From the NCBI GenBank assembly GCA_000004985.1, contig GG738909.1: a DNA stretch of 64,000 bases, one strand, 5' to 3'. The position numbers were made by a program, and so were the translations under genes. This DNA comes from Naegleria gruberi (Eukaryota). Within the stretch, counting starts at the first letter, position 1. Each line of letters starts with the position of its first letter. Positions 56,701 through 64,000 of this stretch are shown here, piece after piece. The notes under the pieces were generated by a model. That model did not search any database. It saw only the letters and a list, made by a program, of their open reading frames with translations, and was not told where the DNA came from.

Positions 56701-57105
56701 TATTATTACTATTATCATCAGAAACTTGTTTAAGAGGTGAATCAGTACTAGTTTGACTCACACTCATATTAACACCTGTAGTACTAGTATCATCTTCATC
56801 TTCTTCTTCATCATCATAATATTCATTATTTGATGTAGTTTGATCATCAGTATTTGTTGTAGTATTATCATCAATAGAATTTTGATTTTTATGAAGTGAT
56901 GATGATGATGATCAGGTGGTTTGCTAGTAGATGGAATTGGTGGTGGTTTATGAGTAGGTGGTAAATCTAATCCCATAGAAGCACTCAATTCTTCAAAAGT
57001 AGCATCCATATCATCACCCGATGAATCTGACATTTCTGAAAGATCATCATATTCTTCATCTCCTCCATCAGATGATAATGAAATTGAATCATCAGATTCT
57101 GCCAT
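53777..57105 (-). CDS. Ras guanine-nucleotide exchange factor (LisH-like motif, RasGEF-N, CDC25-homology RasGEF). Apparent frameshift in a (CAT)n tract near 56890.
   Basis: LisH-like: DHITNIILQHLHFEGLKETKKSL. RasGEF-N: LNRIIERLTIPTQDQSFIDVFLHTYMAIASPELVLGKLFQRF. Catalytic: WVASLICRGQTTYARKHTYKMLIIVCDQLRKMNNFNTLRAILSGFENGAVKRL...FPAIPYLGVHLQDL. The upstream ORF (56764-57105, MAESDDSISL...KPPDHHHHH) is coding-like and joins the main frame only after a 1-nt shift inside catcatcatcatcac. Confidence 0.75.
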
Positions 57106-57458
57106 TATTATTATAGTATTATATTGTTACAAGTAGTGAATAGTGTTGATAAAGTACAAAGTAAAATTAAAAACACAGCCTCTCTCTCAATAGAAATGAT
57201 GTAAATTTTTTTAAAGGCTTTGAAACTTGTTGTCTGTCTTGTTTGATAACTGACACTTGATAGAGGTATGGGTTTATTGTGGAAAACAAATGAAGAGATC
57301 TATTGATTGGATTATATTTAAATTGTATTTGTTTACAATATTAAATCATTGATAAACAGTCTCTTTAAAATTGAAAAGATCAATTAGCGAATTGACAAAC
57401 ATAAAAAGATGTTTAAAAATGCCGCCAAAAATTATTGTTAAAAAATAAGAATAAAAAA

Positions 57459-57818
57459 ATGTCATTCACTCCTCTTCATCAAAAGAAACCAAATAATAAT
57501 AATATGACTCAAATGATGATGGAAGAACATCCATCTGTTATTCTCTCTGCTAATTATCAATACAATGAAGATGATAAATCCATGACTGTTGCTGATTTTC
57601 TTCGTAAACAAGTTGAATTAAAAGTATGTATTTTACAATTCTAAATAATAATTAAATATGATGATTGAATATAATAAATATTAAATAATAATATTATAAA
57701 TAAATAGAATAATGAAATGAAATTATTATCGGAACGTATGGTAGAACAAATAATAATGCATGGAGTTAAACAACGTGAAGAAATTAAACAAGCCTTTAGA
57801 AATCAACAAAAACAATAA
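57459..57818 (+). CDS. Small two-exon hypothetical protein (~95 aa).
   Basis: Exon 1 (ATG ~57459 to ~57622) runs MSFTPLHQKKPNNNNMTQMMMEEHPSVILSANYQYNEDDKSMTVADFLRKQVELK. An ~84-nt AT-rich intron follows (GTATGT ... AAATAG). Exon 2 (~57707-57818) reads NNEMKLLSERMVEQIIMHGVKQREEIKQAFRNQQKQ*. The splice is in frame. No known domain. Confidence 0.4.
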
Positions 57819-58156
57819 TATATGAAGAGAAGATCATCATATAAACTTTGTTATTATTATTTAAATAGTATTAATATATTACATTCATCATCAAGTGAAT
57901 ACATTAACAATCAAGTGAATCATTTTTTAAAAGCCTTAGTTAATCAAATATGTTATCACACTCCTCTCTCATAGGAAACAATAATATTATTATTCCATTA
58001 GCAATCATATATCTTTGAAACCATATCATCATAACATATAAATATATTGTACGAATGGTGATGATACGTTGTAAATTAAATCAGTGAAAGTTCATTATGA
58101 AATCAGTGTGTGACAGATTCAATTTCATTTCCTTTCAAATTTCATTTAATAAAAAA

Positions 58157-59946
58157 ATGTCAAATAAACAACAACAACAACATGAAATATTTACTCTCAT
58201 GCCAGGAGATATACTAGTAATTAAAATTATTAGAGGAGAGGATTTAATAATAGCAGATGCTAATGGTAAAAGGTAATTATAATACCTCTATTTACTAATA
58301 TCATTATTTACTTTACAATATAATTATTATAACTATTATACAACTATCTATACAACACAATATATAATAATACAATATATCTATTACAATAAAATAACGT
58401 AATAAAGTGATCCCTATACAATAATAGATTTTAAACAAAGATTAAAAGATTTTAAATTGAGTTCATTTAGACATTTAGTTGAAGTTTCAAATGAAAAAGT
58501 TTTACCTGGTGGTTTAGTTGGTGGTTTTTTAAGAACTACAACTCAAATGAAAACTGTATGTTTTATTTGTATTCAATTATTTATATTTAATTATTTATTT
58601 TATATTTATATTTATATTTAAATAGTTAAATCCAATATGGAATGATGAATTTCAATTTGAAATATTAAATGAAATGGATAATTTATTAATACATTTTTAT
58701 GTTTATGATTGGGATAGATTAACTAAAGATGATCGTATGTATATATTATTTTATTTAAAAATTTTATTAAAATTATATTATTAAATATATATTATTTAAA
58801 TATATTATATTAAATATATTATTTAAATATTTAAATATAAATATGATAATAGCAATGGGTGATGTAATATTTACATTAACAAAAGAAGATTTATATTTTC
58901 TAGTAAATAAACCAAGAGAATATAAATTAAATTTACAAAATGTAGAAACAGGTAATATTATATTTGAAATTACAATTTTAGAAGGTCCATTAAGATTAAA
59001 ATCACTTTCACTTCAAAGTTATAATTCATTTCTTAAACATGCTCCAAGAGGTACATTATCAAATACTAAATTATCAGGTTTAAATATTTCTAATAATAGT
59101 AATGATACTAAAAATAGTGATGGATGGAAAGAATTAAGTGAATTAAATAATTATCCAATTGAAATGGAAGTACCATTTGAATGGGATGTTTCTAAATATG
59201 AAATTGGTACTAATGAATTTGATAATTTAATTATACATTTAAAATTACAACCATCTTATGAAAATAATTCTAAAAATACAAAACCTACTATTTATATTAA
59301 TATTGAACAATTTCATCATATTTCTATTAATAATGAAAATGATAATAATTTAACAATTAATACTACTACTAGTAATGATTCTAATAATAATGATACTAAT
59401 AATACTACTAATAATAATGATACTAATAATAGTAATAATAATTCTAATTCTAATAGTAATAATACATTTAAAAAAGAAGAAGAAGAATTTATTCAAAAAT
59501 ATATTCTGAATGAAATTGATGATAAAATGAAAAAGAGTTTAAATTTTGAAATGTATAATAATGGTATGATATTATCAATACATGATAAAAAACAAATTAA
59601 AAGTTGGAGATATCAATATGAAAAAATTAAATTAAATTTTACAAATAATTCCAATTTAACTATTAAAAAAGAAAATATTGAAGATTTATTATTAAATCAA
59701 ATAGGTGAAAATAATTCAAACAAATTATTAAATGTAATTTATTATTTTATATTTGGTAATTACATGTTTTGTTTTAGATTGGAAAATTCAAATGAATATT
59801 CAACTTTTAAAATTGATACTTTAATTGATTTAGTTAAAAGTATTATTAGAAGAATTAAAATTATTCAAAATGATAATGATAACAAAGAAAATGAACAAGA
59901 TAATGATCAAGATGAACAAGATGAGAAGCAAATTAAACAAATTTAA
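58157..59946 (+). CDS. C2-domain protein, copy 1. Four exons.
   Basis: Exon 1 runs MSNKQQQQHEIFTLMPGDILVIKIIRGEDLIIADAN... Exon 2 reads DFKQRLKDFKLSSFRHLVEVSNEKVLPGGLVGGFLRTTTQMKT. Exon 3 reads LNPIWNDEFQFEILNEMDNLLIHFYVYDWDRLTKDD, a C2 core with a DWD pattern. Exon 4 (58853-59946) is an N-rich tail. Introns are AT-rich with GTAAAA/GTATGT donors. Confidence 0.6.
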
Positions 59947-59998
59947 ATAAAAATGTTATTAGACTTTATGTTTTGAAATATTTTTAATTTTTTGAATC

Positions 59999-62900
59999 NN
60001 NNNNNNNNNNNNNNNNNNNNNNNNNNNNNNNNNNNNNNNNNNNNNNNNNNNNNNNNNNNNNNNNNNNNNNNNNNNNNNNNNNNNNNNNNNNNNNNNNNNN
60101 NNNNNNNNNNNNNNNNNNNNNNNNNNNNNNNNNNNNNNNNNNNNNNNNNNNNNNNNNNNNNNNNNNNNNNNNNNNNNNNNNNNNNNNNNNNNNNNNNNNN
60201 NNNNNNNNNNNNNNNNNNNNNNNNNNNNNNNNNNNNNNNNNNNNNNNNNNNNNNNNNNNNNNNNNNNNNNNNNNNNNNNNNNNNNNNNNNNNNNNNNNNN
60301 NNNNNNNNNNNNNNNNNNNNNNNNNNNNNNNNNNNNNNNNNNNNNNNNNNNNNNNNNNNNNNNNNNNNNNNNNNNNNNNNNNNNNNNNNNNNNNNNNNNN
60401 NNNNNNNNNNNNNNNNNNNNNNNNNNNNNNNNNNNNNNNNNNNNNNNNNNNNNNNNNNNNNNNNNNNNNNNNNNNNNNNNNNNNNNNNNNNNNNNNNNNN
60501 NNNNNNNNNNNNNNNNNNNNNNNNNNNNNNNNNNNNNNNNNNNNNNNNNNNNNNNNNNNNNNNNNNNNNNNNNNNNNNNNNNNNNNNNNNNNNNNNNNNN
60601 NNNNNNNNNNNNNNNNNNNNNNNNNNNNNNNNNNNNNNNNNNNNNNNNNNNNNNNNNNNNNNNNNNNNNNNNNNNNNNNNNNNNNNNNNNNNNNNNNNNN
60701 NNNNNNNNNNNNNNNNNNNNNNNNNNNNNNNNNNNNNNNNNNNNNNNNNNNNNNNNNNNNNNNNNNNNNNNNNNNNNNNNNNNNNNNNNNNNNNNNNNNN
60801 NNNNNNNNNNNNNNNNNNNNNNNNNNNNNNNNNNNNNNNNNNNNNNNNNNNNNNNNNNNNNNNNNNNNNNNNNNNNNNNNNNNNNNNNNNNNNNNNNNNN
60901 NNNNNNNNNNNNNNNNNNNNNNNNNNNNNNNNNNNNNNNNNNNNNNNNNNNNNNNNNNNNNNNNNNNNNNNNNNNNNNNNNNNNNNNNNNNNNNNNNNNN
61001 NNNNNNNNNNNNNNNNNNNNNNNNNNNNNNNNNNNNNNNNNNNNNNNNNNNNNNNNNNNNNNNNNNNNNNNNNNNNNNNNNNNNNNNNNNNNNNNNNNNN
61101 NNNNNNNNNNNNNNNNNNNNNNNNNNNNNNNNNNNNNNNNNNNNNNNNNNNNNNNNNNNNNNNNNNNNNNNNNNNNNNNNNNNNNNNNNNNNNNNNNNNN
61201 NNNNNNNNNNNNNNNNNNNNNNNNNNNNNNNNNNNNNNNNNNNNNNNNNNNNNNNNNNNNNNNNNNNNNNNNNNNNNNNNNNNNNNNNNNNNNNNNNNNN
61301 NNNNNNNNNNNNNNNNNNNNNNNNNNNNNNNNNNNNNNNNNNNNNNNNNNNNNNNNNNNNNNNNNNNNNNNNNNNNNNNNNNNNNNNNNNNNNNNNNNNN
61401 NNNNNNNNNNNNNNNNNNNNNNNNNNNNNNNNNNNNNNNNNNNNNNNNNNNNNNNNNNNNNNNNNNNNNNNNNNNNNNNNNNNNNNNNNNNNNNNNNNNN
61501 NNNNNNNNNNNNNNNNNNNNNNNNNNNNNNNNNNNNNNNNNNNNNNNNNNNNNNNNNNNNNNNNNNNNNNNNNNNNNNNNNNNNNNNNNNNNNNNNNNNN
61601 NNNNNNNNNNNNNNNNNNNNNNNNNNNNNNNNNNNNNNNNNNNNNNNNNNNNNNNNNNNNNNNNNNNNNNNNNNNNNNNNNNNNNNNNNNNNNNNNNNNN
61701 NNNNNNNNNNNNNNNNNNNNNNNNNNNNNNNNNNNNNNNNNNNNNNNNNNNNNNNNNNNNNNNNNNNNNNNNNNNNNNNNNNNNNNNNNNNNNNNNNNNN
61801 NNNNNNNNNNNNNNNNNNNNNNNNNNNNNNNNNNNNNNNNNNNNNNNNNNNNNNNNNNNNNNNNNNNNNNNNNNNNNNNNNNNNNNNNNNNNNNNNNNNN
61901 NNNNNNNNNNNNNNNNNNNNNNNNNNNNNNNNNNNNNNNNNNNNNNNNNNNNNNNNNNNNNNNNNNNNNNNNNNNNNNNNNNNNNNNNNNNNNNNNNNNN
62001 NNNNNNNNNNNNNNNNNNNNNNNNNNNNNNNNNNNNNNNNNNNNNNNNNNNNNNNNNNNNNNNNNNNNNNNNNNNNNNNNNNNNNNNNNNNNNNNNNNNN
62101 NNNNNNNNNNNNNNNNNNNNNNNNNNNNNNNNNNNNNNNNNNNNNNNNNNNNNNNNNNNNNNNNNNNNNNNNNNNNNNNNNNNNNNNNNNNNNNNNNNNN
62201 NNNNNNNNNNNNNNNNNNNNNNNNNNNNNNNNNNNNNNNNNNNNNNNNNNNNNNNNNNNNNNNNNNNNNNNNNNNNNNNNNNNNNNNNNNNNNNNNNNNN
62301 NNNNNNNNNNNNNNNNNNNNNNNNNNNNNNNNNNNNNNNNNNNNNNNNNNNNNNNNNNNNNNNNNNNNNNNNNNNNNNNNNNNNNNNNNNNNNNNNNNNN
62401 NNNNNNNNNNNNNNNNNNNNNNNNNNNNNNNNNNNNNNNNNNNNNNNNNNNNNNNNNNNNNNNNNNNNNNNNNNNNNNNNNNNNNNNNNNNNNNNNNNNN
62501 NNNNNNNNNNNNNNNNNNNNNNNNNNNNNNNNNNNNNNNNNNNNNNNNNNNNNNNNNNNNNNNNNNNNNNNNNNNNNNNNNNNNNNNNNNNNNNNNNNNN
62601 NNNNNNNNNNNNNNNNNNNNNNNNNNNNNNNNNNNNNNNNNNNNNNNNNNNNNNNNNNNNNNNNNNNNNNNNNNNNNNNNNNNNNNNNNNNNNNNNNNNN
62701 NNNNNNNNNNNNNNNNNNNNNNNNNNNNNNNNNNNNNNNNNNNNNNNNNNNNNNNNNNNNNNNNNNNNNNNNNNNNNNNNNNNNNNNNNNNNNNNNNNNN
62801 NNNNNNNNNNNNNNNNNNNNNNNNNNNNNNNNNNNNNNNNNNNNNNNNNNNNNNNNNNNNNNNNNNNNNNNNNNNNNNNNNNNNNNNNNNNNNNNNNNNN

Positions 62901-63072
62901 NNNNNNNNNNNNNNNNNNNNNNNNNNNNNNNNNNNNNNNNNNNNNNNNNNNNNNNNNNNNNNNNNNNNNNNNNNNNNNNNNNNNNNNNNNNNNNNNNNNN
63001 NNNNNNNNNNNNNNNNNNNNNNNNNNNNNNNNNNNNNNNNNNNNNNNNNNNNNNNNNNNNNNNNNNNNNNNN
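59999..63072. other. Assembly gap: 3074 N.
   Basis: Uninterrupted run of n characters. The X-only ORF 59992-63078 in the track is an artefact of this gap. Confidence 0.99.
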
Positions 63073-64000
63073 CTCTAATGCCAGGTGATATACTAGTAAT
63101 TAAAATTATTAGAGGAGAGGATTTAATAATAGCAGATGCTAATGGTAAAAGGTAATTATAATACCTATATTTACTAATATCATTATTTACTTTACAATAT
63201 TATTATAACTATTATTATTACAACTATCTATACAACACAATATATAATAATACAATATAACTATCACACAATTTTATAAAATAACGTAATAAAGTGATCC
63301 CTATACAATAATAGATTTTAAACAAAGATTAAAAGATTTTAAATTGAGTTCATTTAGACATTTAGTTGAAGTTTCAAATGAAAAAGTTTTACCTGGTGGT
63401 TTAGTTGGTGGTTTTTTAAGAACTACAACTCAAATGAAAACTGTATGTTTTTTTTTAGTATTATTTATTTATTTTATATTTATTTGTATTCAATTATTTA
63501 TATTTATTTATTTTATATTTATATTTAAATAGTTAAATCCAATATGGAATGATGAATTTCAATTTGAAATATTAAATGAAATGGATAATTTATTAATACA
63601 TTTTTATGTTTATGATTGGGATAGATTAACTAAAGATGATCGTATGTATATATATTATTTAAATATTTTATTAAAATTATATTATTAAATATTATATTAT
63701 TAAATATTATATTAAACATTATTAAATAATTAAATATATATGATAATAGCAATGGGTGATGTAATATTTACATTAACAAAAGAAGATTTATATTTTCTAG
63801 TAAATAAACCAAGAGAATATAAATTAAATTTACAAAATGTAGAAACAGGTAATATTATATTTGAAATTACAATTTTAGAAGGTCCATTAAGATTAAAATC
63901 ACTTTCACTTCAAAGTTATAATTCATTTCTTAAACATGCTCCAAGAGGTACATTATCAAATACTAAATTATCAGGTTTAAATATTTCTAATAATAGTAAT
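63073..64000 (+). CDS. C2-domain protein, copy 2 (partial at both ends). Near-identical tandem paralog of 58157-59946.
   Basis: After the gap the sequence resumes inside exon 1 (MPGDILVIKIIRGEDLIIADANGK). It repeats exons 2-4 of copy 1 with the same intron positions. Introns differ only by small AT indels, and there is a 2-nt difference at the exon 1 start (ctctaatgccaggtgat vs ctcatgccaggagat). Confidence 0.55.

Noticed and set aside
59992-63078. 1028-aa ORF of X residues in the ORF track.
   Set aside because: It is an artefact of translating the N-filled assembly gap (59999-63072), not a gene.
1-64000. CRISPR arrays, operons, Shine-Dalgarno or other prokaryotic features.
   Set aside because: The sequence is eukaryotic, with spliceosomal introns, nuclear tRNAs and F-box/ANK/PARP genes. 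I found no regularly spaced direct repeats with unique spacers.

Overview
This is a 64 kb, AT-rich, gene-dense eukaryotic nuclear segment of amoebozoan (dictyostelid-like) type. Supporting signs are short AT-rich introns with GTAAGT...AG borders, poly-N/Q/S/T low-complexity coding tracts, many F-box and ankyrin proteins, and a cluster of nuclear tRNA genes. It is not prokaryotic, so there are no operons, CRISPR arrays or RBS-driven genes. I can support about 35 protein-coding genes on both strands, several of which I re-spliced by hand across introns. I also see four canonical tRNA genes (Gln-UUG x2, Ser-UGA, Asp-GUC) and one aberrant tRNA-like locus. There is a 3.07 kb assembly gap of N, and there are three places where a single gene is split by an apparent frameshift, which suggests draft-quality sequence. 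The most unusual items are these: (i) one ~1050-aa protein joining a secreted trypsin-like serine protease domain, RCC1-like propeller repeats, a 7-TM region and a C-terminal RGS-like domain; (ii) a divergently transcribed pair of paralogous 2-TM 'sensor-topology' membrane proteins; (iii) a T4 Rnl1-like RNA ligase lying ~75 bp from a tRNA-like gene with intact D and T arms but no canonical anticodon arm; (iv) a ~2500-aa ankyrin-repeat WGR-PARP split by a frameshift; (v) an SNF2 ATPase with two N-terminal GRF zinc fingers; (vi) a compositionally atypical island (47.6-49.3 kb) carrying an NHL-repeat ORF with codon usage unlike the rest of the window; (vii) near-identical tandem copies of a C2-domain gene on either side of the gap. 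I could not reproduce line positions exactly from the text; splice-site and RNA-gene coordinates may be off by +-2 nt. Where the ORF track gives boundaries I have used them.
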